A DNA stretch of 64,000 nt from Alphaproteobacteria bacterium (GTDB taxonomy: Bacteria; Pseudomonadota; Alphaproteobacteria; UBA828): positions 64,001-128,000 of the forward strand of contig CBDCQT010000011.1 of assembly GCA_965220745.1 (NCBI GenBank), given 5' to 3'. Below the pieces are notes generated by a model that was not told where the DNA came from, searched no databases, and worked only from the letters and a program-made list of their open reading frames with translations. Below, piece by piece: positions 46,645 through 56,405 of this stretch. The position numbers were made by a program, and so were the translations under genes. The stretch's first letter is position 1. Each line of letters starts with the position of its first letter.

Positions 46645-48039
46645 CTAGAAGTCGGGCGGTGCGACCCCGCTCGCCCGCAGCTGAGCCGCGAGATCTCGCT
46701 TCATGCACTCCAGCGCTGCGGCGTCCTCCGCCTCGCAACGCGCCACCAGCATGGGCTGGGTATTCGATGCGCGCAGCAGCCACCAGCCGTCCGGGCTCTC
46801 GGCCCTCACGCCATCGATGGCGGTGAACGTCGCGCCCGCAGCCGCGAGCCGGTTTCCAATTTCGTCGGCGACCCGGAACTTGCGCTCGTCCGGACAGGGG
46901 AAGCGGACCTCGGGCGTGCTCACCGGTTGCGGCAGTTCGGCCCGCAAGGCTGCGAGTGAGCGCCCCTCGCCAGCGACCAGCTTGAGCAGGCGTAGAGCGG
47001 CGTAGAGCGCGTCGTCGAAGCCGTAATAGCGGTCTGCGAAGAAGATGTGGCCGCTCATCTCGCCTGCGAGCGGCGCGCCGCATTCGGCCATCTTCGCCTT
47101 GATCGGCGCGTGGCCCGTGCGCCACATCAGCGGCGTGCCGCCCAGGCGGGCGATCTCGTTGAAGAGGATCCGGCTCGCCTTGACGTCGCCGATGACGGTC
47201 GAGCCGGGCCATTCGCGCAGCACCTCGCGCGCGAGCAGGGCCACCAGTTGATCGCCCCAGAGGATCGCGCCGGCCCCGTCCACGACCCCGATGCGATCGC
47301 CGTCGCCGTCGAAGGCGATGCCGAGATCGCAGCGCTCGACCCGGACCGTCTCGATCAGCTGCGCCAGGTTCTCTGGCACCGTGGGGTCCGGGTGGTGGAC
47401 GGGGAAGGTCCCGTCGACCGCATCGTTCAACAAGATATGGCGGCCCGGAAGGCCGCTCACCAGCGCGCCGAGCACCGCGCCGGCGGCGCCGTTACCGGCA
47501 TCCCACGCGACGGCGAATGGCTGTTCAACGGCCTCGGCGAGGAGACGCGCAACATAGGCGTCGCGAATGTCGTCATCCTCCGTCGCCCTGCCGGCACCCT
47601 CGGCAAACCTGCCATCCTGCAAGATGAGCGCCAGCGCCTCGATGTCGGCGCCATGAAACGGCCCGCCGCCCAGCACCATCTTCACGCCGTTGTAGGCCGG
47701 CGGGTTGTGCGAGCCCGTAATCATTATCCCGCCGTCGCACCGCCGGTCGTGGACGGCGAAATAGAGCATCGGCGTCGGGCCCGCGCCGATGCGAAGCACG
47801 TCGGCGCCGGTAGCGCTCAACCCCTCGACGAGATGGGCTTCCAGCTCCGGCGAGCTCAGCCGGCCATCGCGCCCCACGCAAATCTTCGGTGGCCGATCGA
47901 TGGTTGCACGTCGTCGCGCGATAGTGGCGAAACCCCGGCCGATGGCTGCCATGTCGGCCCCACTCAGCGTGTCTCCGACGATGCCCCTGATGTCGTAGGC
48001 GCCGAGGATCGCCGGATCGAGCGTATGCCCCGCGCTCAT
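46645..48039 (-). CDS. Phosphomannomutase/phosphoglucomutase
   Basis: YDIRG, ITGSHNP, FDGDGDR, GEMSGH, RASNTQ. Confidence 0.94.
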   Translation of the reverse strand: MSAGHTLDPAILGAYDIRGIVGDTLSGADMAAIGRGFATIARRRATIDRPPKICVGRDGRLSSPELEAHLVEGLSATGADVLRIGAGPTPMLYFAVHDRRCDGGIMITGSHNPPAYNGVKMVLGGGPFHGADIEALALILQDGRFAEGAGRATEDDDIRDAYVARLLAEAVEQPFAVAWDAGNGAAGAVLGALVSGLPGRHILLNDAVDGTFPVHHPDPTVPENLAQLIETVRVERCDLGIAFDGDGDRIGVVDGAGAILWGDQLVALLAREVLREWPGSTVIGDVKASRILFNEIARLGGTPLMWRTGHAPIKAKMAECGAPLAGEMSGHIFFADRYYGFDDALYAALRLLKLVAGEGRSLAALRAELPQPVSTPEVRFPCPDERKFRVADEIGNRLAAAGATFTAIDGVRAESPDGWWLLRASNTQPMLVARCEAEDAAALECMKRDLAAQLRASGVAPPDF

Positions 48040-49352
48040 GGAGAGACCGCAGGCCGGCCGATGCTCACGTAGCGAAGGCCGGCGGACGCCATCTCGGCCG
48101 GCTCGTAGATGTTGCGGAGATCGACCACCAGCGGGGTCCGCAACAGGCTTCGCGCGCGCTCCAGGTCGAGCGCCCTGAACTCGTTCCACTCCGTGAGGAT
48201 GACCAGCGCCTCCGCGCCCGCCATGGCCTCGTAGGAGTCGTTGCACCACACGACGCCGTCGAGCAGGGCGCGCGCCTCCGCCATGCCGGCGGGATCGAAA
48301 GCGCGGATCTTGGCTCCCCGCTCCATGAGACCCGGCAAAATCACGAGACTCGGGCTCTCCCGCACGTCGTCGGTGTTGGGCTTGAAGGTGACGCCGAGCA
48401 CGGCAACGGTCTTGCCCGCGACGGAGCCGCCGCAGGCCTGCACGATCTTGTCCACCATCGCCGCCTTGCGCGCGGCGTTCTGCCGCAGAACGGCCTCGAC
48501 GATGGTGCTGGGCGCGCCGGCTTCCTTGGCGATGCGGGCGAAAGCCGCCGCATCCTTGGGGAAGCAGGAACCGCCGAAGCCGGGGCCGGCGTGCAGGAAG
48601 TACCTCCCGATGCGGTTGTCGAGGCCGATCCCCTTGGCCACGTCCTGCACGTCCGCGCCGAGCCGCTCGCAGAGGTCGGCGATCTCGTTGATGAATGTAA
48701 TCTTGGTCGCGAGGAAGCAGTTGGCGGCGTACTTGATGAGCTCCGCCGTCTCCAGCGTGGTGAAGAGCACCGGCGTCTCGATCAGGAAGAGCGGCCTGTA
48801 GAGCGCCCGCATGACCGCTTGCGCTCGGTCGGACTCGACCCCGACGACGACCCGGTCGGGGCGCATGAAGTCGTCGATCGCCGAGCCCTCGCGCAGGAAC
48901 TCAGGGTTCGAGACCACATCGAACGAAGCACCTGGGCGGTGTTCCCGAATGATGCGCGCGATCTCCCGCCCGGTGCCGACGGGCACGGTCGATTTTGTCG
49001 CGACGACGGTGTAGCCCGCGAGGGCGTCCGCAACTTGGCGGGCCGCCTCGAACACGAACGAGAGGTCGGCGTGGCCGTCGCCCCGCCGGCTAGGCGTGCC
49101 GACCGCCAGCATCACCACGTCAGCCGCCGATACGGCATCCGCAATATCTTCGGTGAAGGAAAGCCGCCCGGAGGCGACATTAACGGCAAGCAGCGCCTCC
49201 AGCCCTGGCTCGTAGATCGGCACGCGCCCCGCACGCAGCGCCGCAATCCTTTCCGGCTCGGCATCGACGCAGGTGACGGAGAAGCCGAATTCCGAGAAAC
49301 AGGTGGCTGACACCAAGCCGACGTAACCGGCCCCGATCATCGCAACGCGCAT
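48036..49352 (-). CDS. ugd: UDP-glucose 6-dehydrogenase
   Basis: GAGYVG, KSTVPVGT, SNPEFLREG, GFGGSCFPKD, FKPNTDDVRES. Confidence 0.95.
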   Translation of the reverse strand: MRVAMIGAGYVGLVSATCFSEFGFSVTCVDAEPERIAALRAGRVPIYEPGLEALLAVNVASGRLSFTEDIADAVSAADVVMLAVGTPSRRGDGHADLSFVFEAARQVADALAGYTVVATKSTVPVGTGREIARIIREHRPGASFDVVSNPEFLREGSAIDDFMRPDRVVVGVESDRAQAVMRALYRPLFLIETPVLFTTLETAELIKYAANCFLATKITFINEIADLCERLGADVQDVAKGIGLDNRIGRYFLHAGPGFGGSCFPKDAAAFARIAKEAGAPSTIVEAVLRQNAARKAAMVDKIVQACGGSVAGKTVAVLGVTFKPNTDDVRESPSLVILPGLMERGAKIRAFDPAGMAEARALLDGVVWCNDSYEAMAGAEALVILTEWNEFRALDLERARSLLRTPLVVDLRNIYEPAEMASAGLRYVSIGRPAVSP

Positions 49353-49392
49353 GGCGATGCTCCCCGAAAACGATCCCGCGCGAAGGGCCGCC

Positions 49393-50268
49393 CTACGAGG
49401 AGGGCGTCACCTCTCGCAGGAAGGACAACAGCTCCTGCCTCAGCTCGGGCCGTTCCATGGCGCAGACGATGGTCGCCTGAATGGCCCCCGTCGGGCTGCC
49501 GCAATCGAAGCGACGGCCGTTGAAACGGACGCCGTGAAACCGCTCCTCCCGCGCCATCACAGCCATGGCGTCGGTCAGCTGAATCTCACCGCCTGCACCC
49601 GGCGTCTGCGCGGCAAGCCGCGCGAAGATGCCCGGTTGCAGAATGTAGCGGCCGATGAGCGCGAGCCGCGACGGCGCGCGCGGGGGGTCGGGCTTTTCCA
49701 CCATACCCGCAAGCGGGAGGGCTCCGTCTTCGTCTTCGCCCGCGACCTCGACGATCCCGTACCGGCCGGTCTCGCTCTGCGGCACCTCGGCAAGCGCCAC
49801 GACGCTGCCACCGGTCCGGCCGTGGACCCCGACGAGCTCGGCAAGACACGGCAGGTCGCCGAGGAGCAACTCGTCGGGCAGCAGCACCGCAAACGGCTCG
49901 TCGCCTACCAGATCGCGCGCGCAGAGGACCGCGTGACCCAGGCCCAGAGGCTCCTCCTGGCGCGCGAACGCAACGCCGCCAGGCGCGAGCACGGCACACG
50001 CGGTCACCGCCAGCGCAGCATCGTCCCCGCGCGCAGCGAGGTGCGCGTCGAGCGCCTCGTCACGCTCGAAATGGTCCCTGATCGTCGCCTCGCCCCGGCC
50101 CGTGACGAAGATAAATTCTTCAATCCCCGCAGCCCGTGCCTCCTCGACCGCGTACTGGATGAGCGGCTTGTCGACCACCGGAAGCAACACCTTGGGCACC
50201 GCCTTGCTCGCAGGCAGGAAGCGCGTGCCCATGCCGGCGACGGGGAGCACAGCCTTCCTAACCCGCAT
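49393..50268 (-). CDS. galU: UTP--glucose-1-phosphate uridylyltransferase
   Basis: KAVLPVAGMGTRFLPASKAVPK, PLGLGHAV, VEKP, GEIQLTDA. Confidence 0.94.
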   Translation of the reverse strand: MRVRKAVLPVAGMGTRFLPASKAVPKVLLPVVDKPLIQYAVEEARAAGIEEFIFVTGRGEATIRDHFERDEALDAHLAARGDDAALAVTACAVLAPGGVAFARQEEPLGLGHAVLCARDLVGDEPFAVLLPDELLLGDLPCLAELVGVHGRTGGSVVALAEVPQSETGRYGIVEVAGEDEDGALPLAGMVEKPDPPRAPSRLALIGRYILQPGIFARLAAQTPGAGGEIQLTDAMAVMAREERFHGVRFNGRRFDCGSPTGAIQATIVCAMERPELRQELLSFLREVTPSS

Positions 50269-50361
50269 TCCTCACCACGCTGACCTAGGTCGGTGGAGGC
50301 GGAGGTGTGCCACGGCGGCCGCGGCGCGGCAAGCACGGCGGCACTCGCGGCGTCGCGCGCC

Positions 50362-51108
50362 TCAGCCGCTGAGCAGCAGCTCCTTCGCCTGGTTGATCTT
50401 TGCCGCGAGGTAGTTGGAGCCGCCGTGATCGGGGTGGAGCTTGCGCATGAGCGTGCGGTGCGCCTCCTTGATCTCCTCCGCCCCGGCCCCAGGTTGGAGG
50501 CCGAGGATCTCGTAGGCCTCCTCGCGGGTCATCGGCGTGCGGGCGCCAGCGGCTCGCTTGCGCCCCCAGCCCTGCCCCGTGCCGGCACTGGCGCTCTGCT
50601 CCTGCTCCGCCCGCGCCTCGGCGCGCTCGCGCCAATCGGCACCGAGAATCCGGTCCATGTAGGCTTCCAGCAGCCGTCGGCCCTCGTCGTCCCGCAAGCT
50701 GCACTCTTGGAACAACTCGAGAAGCTGCGGCTCCGAAAGCTCGTCGAGGCGGGCCCCGGCATAACGGCCCTGAAGCACCGTGCCCTCCATCTCGCCGCTG
50801 TCATGGTCCAGGATCATGCGGAGATAGGGGGTCTCGACATCCGATTTCTGGCCGGCCGTGGGATGGGGGTTCATCCGGCCCGCAGCAAAGCGGCTCATGA
50901 GCCAGGGCAGCCCGGTGATCGCGAGCGGCAGGAAGGCGAGATTGGCCTTGCCGGTCACGGCGAGGAAGATCGTGGCCGCCGCGCCGGCGGCGATGAAGCC
51001 CCACTTGACCCACTTCGCGAGGCTCGTGGGATTCGCCGTGGCGAACCAGCGGCTGAGAAACACGACCAGCACCAGGAGCGCGATCCCGAGGAGGACGTAG
51101 GTGATCAT
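50362..51108 (-). CDS. Membrane-anchored J-domain protein
   Basis: N-terminal TM helices; C-terminal [30 protein letters not shown]. Confidence 0.88.
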   Translation of the reverse strand: MITYVLLGIALLVLVVFLSRWFATANPTSLAKWVKWGFIAAGAAATIFLAVTGKANLAFLPLAITGLPWLMSRFAAGRMNPHPTAGQKSDVETPYLRMILDHDSGEMEGTVLQGRYAGARLDELSEPQLLELFQECSLRDDEGRRLLEAYMDRILGADWRERAEARAEQEQSASAGTGQGWGRKRAAGARTPMTREEAYEILGLQPGAGAEEIKEAHRTLMRKLHPDHGGSNYLAAKINQAKELLLSG

Positions 51109-51159
51109 CGAAGGGAGCGGTCTAGCTGGCCGGGCGACGGAAGCGCAGGAGGGGCAGGC

Positions 51160-51870
51160 TCATTTGATCTGATGAGCGATCTGCAACACCGCCTCGCCGC
51201 GCTGGCGGCTGTAGTCCTTGAGCGCCTTGCGCCCGCCGGCAGCGTAGACCGCGACCGCGCCCAGGAGTTCCTTGAGCTGGCGCGCGCTCGACGCATCGAA
51301 GCGCAGATAGGCGCCGTTGGTGAGCCGCGCGATCTGGCGAAAGGCCAATGATGCCGACGGGTCCGGCCCCTCGTGGAACATGAAGGCGGGAACCCCGCGC
51401 AAGCCCAGCTCGCCAGCGATGGCGCAGAGCTCGTCCACGTTCTCTTCCATGGCGTCGCCGACGAAGACCAGCGCATGGACCTTCTGGACCTGAGTCTCGT
51501 CCAGGGCGTGGCGCAGCACCTTGCGTATCTGGGTATGGCCGCCCAGGCAGCGGACGGCGGTCATGACGCGCACCAGCGCCCGCGAATCCCGCACCCACTT
51601 GCTCGCCTTGCACTCGCCGAAGCCGCGATAGTAGACGAGCTGCACCGAGAGCCCACCGAGCGAGGCCGTGGCGTCGAACATCTCCCCCTGGATCTGGCAG
51701 GCGCGATCCCAGGTCGGCTCCCGGCTCGCGGTCGCGTCCATCGCAAACATCAGGCGCCCGGTTTCTCCCTGCTTGACCGGCGCGGGGGTCGCCGCGACCC
51801 GGCGCAGGAAGGCATCGACGTCAGCGCCGTCGTTTCGGCCCTTCGTCGGCAGCTTTCGGTCACGGGTCAT
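51160..51870 (-). CDS. VWA-domain protein
   Basis: MIDAS-like FAMDATASR; GGHTQI; VFVGDAMEE; IARLTNGAY. Confidence 0.85.
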   Translation of the reverse strand: MTRDRKLPTKGRNDGADVDAFLRRVAATPAPVKQGETGRLMFAMDATASREPTWDRACQIQGEMFDATASLGGLSVQLVYYRGFGECKASKWVRDSRALVRVMTAVRCLGGHTQIRKVLRHALDETQVQKVHALVFVGDAMEENVDELCAIAGELGLRGVPAFMFHEGPDPSASLAFRQIARLTNGAYLRFDASSARQLKELLGAVAVYAAGGRKALKDYSRQRGEAVLQIAHQIK

Positions 51871-51885
51871 CGCAGGCTCCCCCTC

Positions 51886-52833
51886 CTATATGGGGGCGAC
51901 CGGCAGCCGCGCCAGGCGCTCGGTCAGCATAGCGAAGAAGCCGTCGGCGTCGACCCGCTGCAGCACGTGGGCGTTGGCGGCAGCGCCGGTGCGGCCGTGC
52001 AGATCGCACACGGTCCGCCCGAAGCAGTGGCCGTCGCCCAACTCCACATCGACCCGCATGTCGCGGCCCTCGAAGAGATTTGGCGCCAGAAGATAGGCGA
52101 TCACGCAGGGATCGTGCATGGGGGCACCATGATGATACGCCTCGATGTTCTTCGCTCCATAGAGGTCGAGCATGCCGCAGACCGCAGCCGCCGGCGCCGT
52201 GCCCAGCGCGCGGACTGCCTCCAGCCTGGGCGGCGTCGCGATTGCCTGATGGGTGACGTCGAGCCCGATCATGGTGAGCGGCACGCCGGCCTCGAACACG
52301 ACGTGCGCCGCGTGGGGGTCGGCGTGGATATTGAACTCGGCCGCCGGCGTGACGTTGCCGAGCCCAATCGCGCCCCCCATGGTCACGATTTCGCGCACCT
52401 TCGCCCGCATCGCGGGGTTCTTGACGATGGCGAGCGCGACATTGGTGAGGGGCCCAAGCGTCGCCAGCGTGATGGGCTCCTGCGCCGCCGTCAGCGTCTC
52501 GACCAGGAAATCCACCGCATGAGCCGCCTCGGCGGGGCGGCTCGGCTCCGGCAGGTCTGCGCCGTCGATCCCCGTCGGCCCATGGATGTACTCGGCGGTC
52601 TCGGGTTCGCGCACCATGGGCCTTGAGCACCCGGCATAGACCGGCACCTCGGGTCGGCCGGCGAGGTCCCTGATTCGGCGCGCGTTGCTCTCGGTCCGGG
52701 CGAGCGGCACGTTGCCCGCGACGGCGGTGATGCCGAGCAGGTCGAACTCCTCGGGGGACGCGAAGGCGAGCAGCAGGGCGACGGCGTCGTCCTGGCCCGG
52801 ATCGCAGTCGATGATCAGCGGTCGCGCGCTCAT
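51886..52833 (-). CDS. Nucleoside hydrolase (IUNH/Rih family)
   Basis: IIDCDPGQDDA, GPLTN, AEFNIHADP, GLDVT, MHDP. Confidence 0.94.
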   Translation of the reverse strand: MSARPLIIDCDPGQDDAVALLLAFASPEEFDLLGITAVAGNVPLARTESNARRIRDLAGRPEVPVYAGCSRPMVREPETAEYIHGPTGIDGADLPEPSRPAEAAHAVDFLVETLTAAQEPITLATLGPLTNVALAIVKNPAMRAKVREIVTMGGAIGLGNVTPAAEFNIHADPHAAHVVFEAGVPLTMIGLDVTHQAIATPPRLEAVRALGTAPAAAVCGMLDLYGAKNIEAYHHGAPMHDPCVIAYLLAPNLFEGRDMRVDVELGDGHCFGRTVCDLHGRTGAAANAHVLQRVDADGFFAMLTERLARLPVAPI

Positions 52834-52963
52834 GGCAGCCCGGAATCATACCTAGCGTCGCGAGCGGCGGATAGTGCCTGCGAAGGAGAGTGTGCGCTGG
52901 TCTCCGCGTGGCCGCGCAAAATCCATCCACGCAGCGGCGATCGGGATGGCGGTTCCGACGTGG

Positions 52964-54265
52964 CTAATCCCGGGGATCGCGCTGGTAGCGAGCAGCAGCG
53001 CCGGCGTCGTCGGCGCTGGAGGGTCCGTCGCCGCCTTCACTCCCGCGATCCGGCGCAGTACCGCCGGCGCGCTGCGGATCGGCTGTATCGCGTGGACCCA
53101 AATCGAACCGATGCCCCTGGGAGTGGCGACTACCGGTGTCGGCGCCACTCCACCAAGTATCGGCCGCCTCGCGCACAGCGCCCCAATCCAGCTCGAAGCC
53201 CAGTCCCGGACCGTCGAGAACAGGAAGCCTGCCGTCCTGTAACGTGAGGTCGGGGCGGCTGACGATGTCCCAGGCCAGAAAATTGTTCATGTACTGGTTG
53301 CCGTCGTCCAGGTTGGGAGTCATCGCCGCCGCGTGGATCGCCGCCACGGTGGTTATCCCCGTCTCGTGCAGTCCGTGGATACAAACGTCGACGTTGGCCG
53401 CCTCGGCGACGTGGGCCACCTTGCAGAAGCGCAGCAAGCCCCCGGTCTCGTGCAGGCCGACGACGATCAAATCGGCAGCGCGCAGGCGGCAGACGTCGAA
53501 GGCGTCGCCCAGCGCGATGACACCCTGGTCCGCCGCGATCGAGATCGGGCTCGCAGCCCGGACCCGTGCCAGGGCCTCGACGCTCTCCGCATCGATAGGC
53601 TGCTCCACGATTTCGATGTCAAACCGGGACAGCCTTCGCATCATGCGAGAGGCCCGGACGGGGTGCCAACGCCCGCTCGGGTCGAGGCGTAGGCGTTTGT
53701 CGGGTCCGATGGCGGCCCGGACCCGAGCGACGACCTCAGTGTCCAGATCGTCGCCCCGTCCGGCCTCGACGAAGATCACTTCGTGGCCCGAGGCCGCGAG
53801 TCGCGCCGCCTCGCCGGCAATTTCCTCGGCGGTTTCCCCTTGCGGGAAACCGAAGTAGCGCACCTCGTCGCGAACCGCGCCGCCCAGCAGAGCGTAAACG
53901 GGGCGGTTCACAGCCTTGCCCATGGCGTCCCACAGCGCCATCTCCAGCCCCGCGAGCGCCTTGCCCGCGAACTTGGAGGCCCTGCAAGACTCCTCACGCC
54001 CGAACAGAGCGTTGTAGGCCTCGTCAATCAGGCGGGCGTTCTCGAAAGGACTACGACCGACGCAAAAGTCCGCCGCGAGCGAGATATGGGCGCGGATCGC
54101 CTCGACCGATGGCGTAGCAATCGACTCGCCATAGCCGATCACGCCCTCGTCGGTGTGGACCTCGACCAGGATTACCTCCGCGCCGTGGGTGACGCCCTGG
54201 GACCAGTGAAAGGGTTGCTCGTAGGGGATCCAGAGCGGTGTCGTGACAACCTCGCTAATCTTCAT
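52964..54265 (-). CDS. Mandelate racemase / muconate lactonizing enzyme family protein
   Basis: AGLEMALWDAMGK..PVYALLGG; metal ligands RLD, EQP, AAD; GPGLGFELD. Confidence 0.85.
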   Translation of the reverse strand: MKISEVVTTPLWIPYEQPFHWSQGVTHGAEVILVEVHTDEGVIGYGESIATPSVEAIRAHISLAADFCVGRSPFENARLIDEAYNALFGREESCRASKFAGKALAGLEMALWDAMGKAVNRPVYALLGGAVRDEVRYFGFPQGETAEEIAGEAARLAASGHEVIFVEAGRGDDLDTEVVARVRAAIGPDKRLRLDPSGRWHPVRASRMMRRLSRFDIEIVEQPIDAESVEALARVRAASPISIAADQGVIALGDAFDVCRLRAADLIVVGLHETGGLLRFCKVAHVAEAANVDVCIHGLHETGITTVAAIHAAAMTPNLDDGNQYMNNFLAWDIVSRPDLTLQDGRLPVLDGPGLGFELDWGAVREAADTWWSGADTGSRHSQGHRFDLGPRDTADPQRAGGTAPDRGSEGGDGPSSADDAGAAARYQRDPRD

Positions 54266-54880
54266 GCCCTCTCCTCCGGCGCTCGGCGCCTTCGGTCGCC
54301 CCAAATCGATTTAGCGGGCTACGCACCGCGTTCGATCCTCGCAAATGGGGGAGTGGACGCACACCGTCCAAATGGTGGGCTTGAGAAGTCACGGGTGAGG
54401 TCCCTGATGGCCAGGACTCCCCGTGTTGCTTCAGTTTGATTGTTCCGAACCTGGTGTGGTCGAGCATCGCATCGTCCAACCACGCCTGGATGCGATCGAA
54501 CGGGTCTCTTTCGCTCGTGATGAGCTTGCGACCCTCGTTGTCCCGGTTGCTCCTCGGGCGAAGATCCTCGCTCCATGGATTCCGGCAAGGACCGTACCTT
54601 TGAGGGACTCAAGCGTCAGTTCTGGCCATCCTCACCAGACCTCCGTGGCAACGGGGGCCGCTAGGCGAGCAGCATTTGCCGAAGAGACGAGCCCCATCGG
54701 GTGGTCTATTTCGAATACTAGTTAACCGGCCCTAATAATGCCATATCTGAGATGACTATATGATCGATATAGAAATCGATATGTCTGTAGCGGCAGTTAA
54801 AGCGCCTTCTGGCGGGCGCGTGAGCGGCCTTATTGGCGGTGGCGTCGGCCGGGCGCCGGCACGATGTGCTATCGTGGGCC

Positions 54881-56074
54881 ATGACCCGCTCCGGCGCCCG
54901 CGACGTGGCGCTCCTCGCCATCTGCCAGGCGCTCTTCCTCACCTCGATGTCCGCGGTGGTTGCTGCGGCCGCCCTGATCGGGCACCAGCTCGCCGATACC
55001 AAGGTGCTGGCGACGCTCCCCATCGGCATCCAGTTCGTGATGACGATGGTGGCGACGGTGCCCGCATCGCTCCTCATGAAGCGCATCGGGCGGCGCGACG
55101 GCTTCACCGTGGGCGCCTCCATCGGGCTTGCCGGCGCGCTCCTGGGCCTCTGGGCGATCATGGAGGCGAGCTTCACGCTCTTCTGTGTCGGCCTCGCGCT
55201 GATCGGCGCAGCCAACGGCTTCGCCCAGTACTACCGCTTCGCCGCCGCGGACGCAGCGAGCGAGGCCTTCAGGAGCCGAGCGATCTCGCTGGTGCTGGCG
55301 GGCGGCGTGATCGCCTCCATAGGCCCCCTGCTCGCCGACTGGTCCAAGGACCTCTTCGCGCCGATCGCGTTCGCGGGCGTGTTCGCCACCATGGCCGCGC
55401 TTTACGTGGCCACGCTCGTGGTCCTTCGTTTCATCACCATTCCGCCGCCGGACGAGGAGGAGCGCAGCACTTCGGGCCGACCTCTGCTCACGATCATGCG
55501 CCAGCCGGCATTCATCATCGCCGTGCTCGGCTCCCTGGTCGGCTACGCGATGATGTCGCTGCTGATGACCGCAACCCCGCTCGCCATGAAGTACTGCGGC
55601 TTCGGCTTCTCCGACTCGGCGCAGACGATCCAGTGGCACGTGCTCGGCATGTTCGCGCCCGCCTTCGTCACCGGCCATCTGATCAAGCGCTTCGGCACGA
55701 AGACGATCATGGCCTGCGGCGCGCTGCTGATCGGGCTCTGCGCCGCGTCCAACCTCCATGGCGTCACGCTGCTCAACTTCCATGTCGCCCTGGTCCTGCT
55801 GGGCGTCGGCTGGAATTTCCTCTTCACCGGCGGCACGACGCTCATAACCGAGATTCACAGCCCGGCGGAGAAGGCGAAGACGCAAGCGGCCCACGACTTC
55901 ACCGTCTTCACCGGCGTTGCGGCGGCGGCGCTGCTCTCCGGTGCGCTGCACGAGGCCGTGGGCTGGCAGACGATGAACTACGCCGTGCTGCCGTTCCTCG
56001 CCGCGGTGCTGATCGGGCTCGTCTGGCTCGGGCTCAGCGGGCGAAGGGCCACCGCTTCGTCGGCAGCCGAATAG
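54881..56074 (+). CDS. MFS transporter
   Basis: About 12 hydrophobic segments; MKRIGRRDGF; YRFAAAD; QWHVLGMFAP. Confidence 0.9.
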   Translation: MTRSGARDVALLAICQALFLTSMSAVVAAAALIGHQLADTKVLATLPIGIQFVMTMVATVPASLLMKRIGRRDGFTVGASIGLAGALLGLWAIMEASFTLFCVGLALIGAANGFAQYYRFAAADAASEAFRSRAISLVLAGGVIASIGPLLADWSKDLFAPIAFAGVFATMAALYVATLVVLRFITIPPPDEEERSTSGRPLLTIMRQPAFIIAVLGSLVGYAMMSLLMTATPLAMKYCGFGFSDSAQTIQWHVLGMFAPAFVTGHLIKRFGTKTIMACGALLIGLCAASNLHGVTLLNFHVALVLLGVGWNFLFTGGTTLITEIHSPAEKAKTQAAHDFTVFTGVAAAALLSGALHEAVGWQTMNYAVLPFLAAVLIGLVWLGLSGRRATASSAAE

Positions 56075-56122
56075 CGGCGGAAACCGGCGACTGGTTGAAA
56101 AATATTGTTTCTGTTCAAATAG

Positions 56123-56401
56123 TTACACGGAATTGGCTTCGTTTTGTAAATTCTCGTTCCCACCGCCGATCCGGGGCAGGAAGCAGACCTCGCTCTCGGG
56201 CGCGACCGCTGCGAACAGGTCGTCCTGGTGGATGTGACCGTCCACCGCAACGGCCATGCCCTCCTCCAGCTCGCGCCCGATGCCCGCATAGCGGGCCTCG
56301 AGCGCGCGGATCACGCCGCGAATATCGGTCGCCTCGACCTCCAGCTCGGTCACCCCGCCCGTGTAGCGGGCGAGGCTTGAGGGCAAAACGACCCGCGCCA
56401 A
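56123..56401 (-). CDS. MoaD/ThiS-family ubiquitin-like sulfur carrier with a tail after the Gly-Gly motif
   Basis: LPSSLARYTGG..LEARYAGI..VAVDG..EVCFLPRIGGG followed by 11 extra residues. Confidence 0.8.
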   Translation of the reverse strand: MARVVLPSSLARYTGGVTELEVEATDIRGVIRALEARYAGIGRELEEGMAVAVDGHIHQDDLFAAVAPESEVCFLPRIGGGNENLQNEANSV

Positions 56402-56405
56402 CGGG

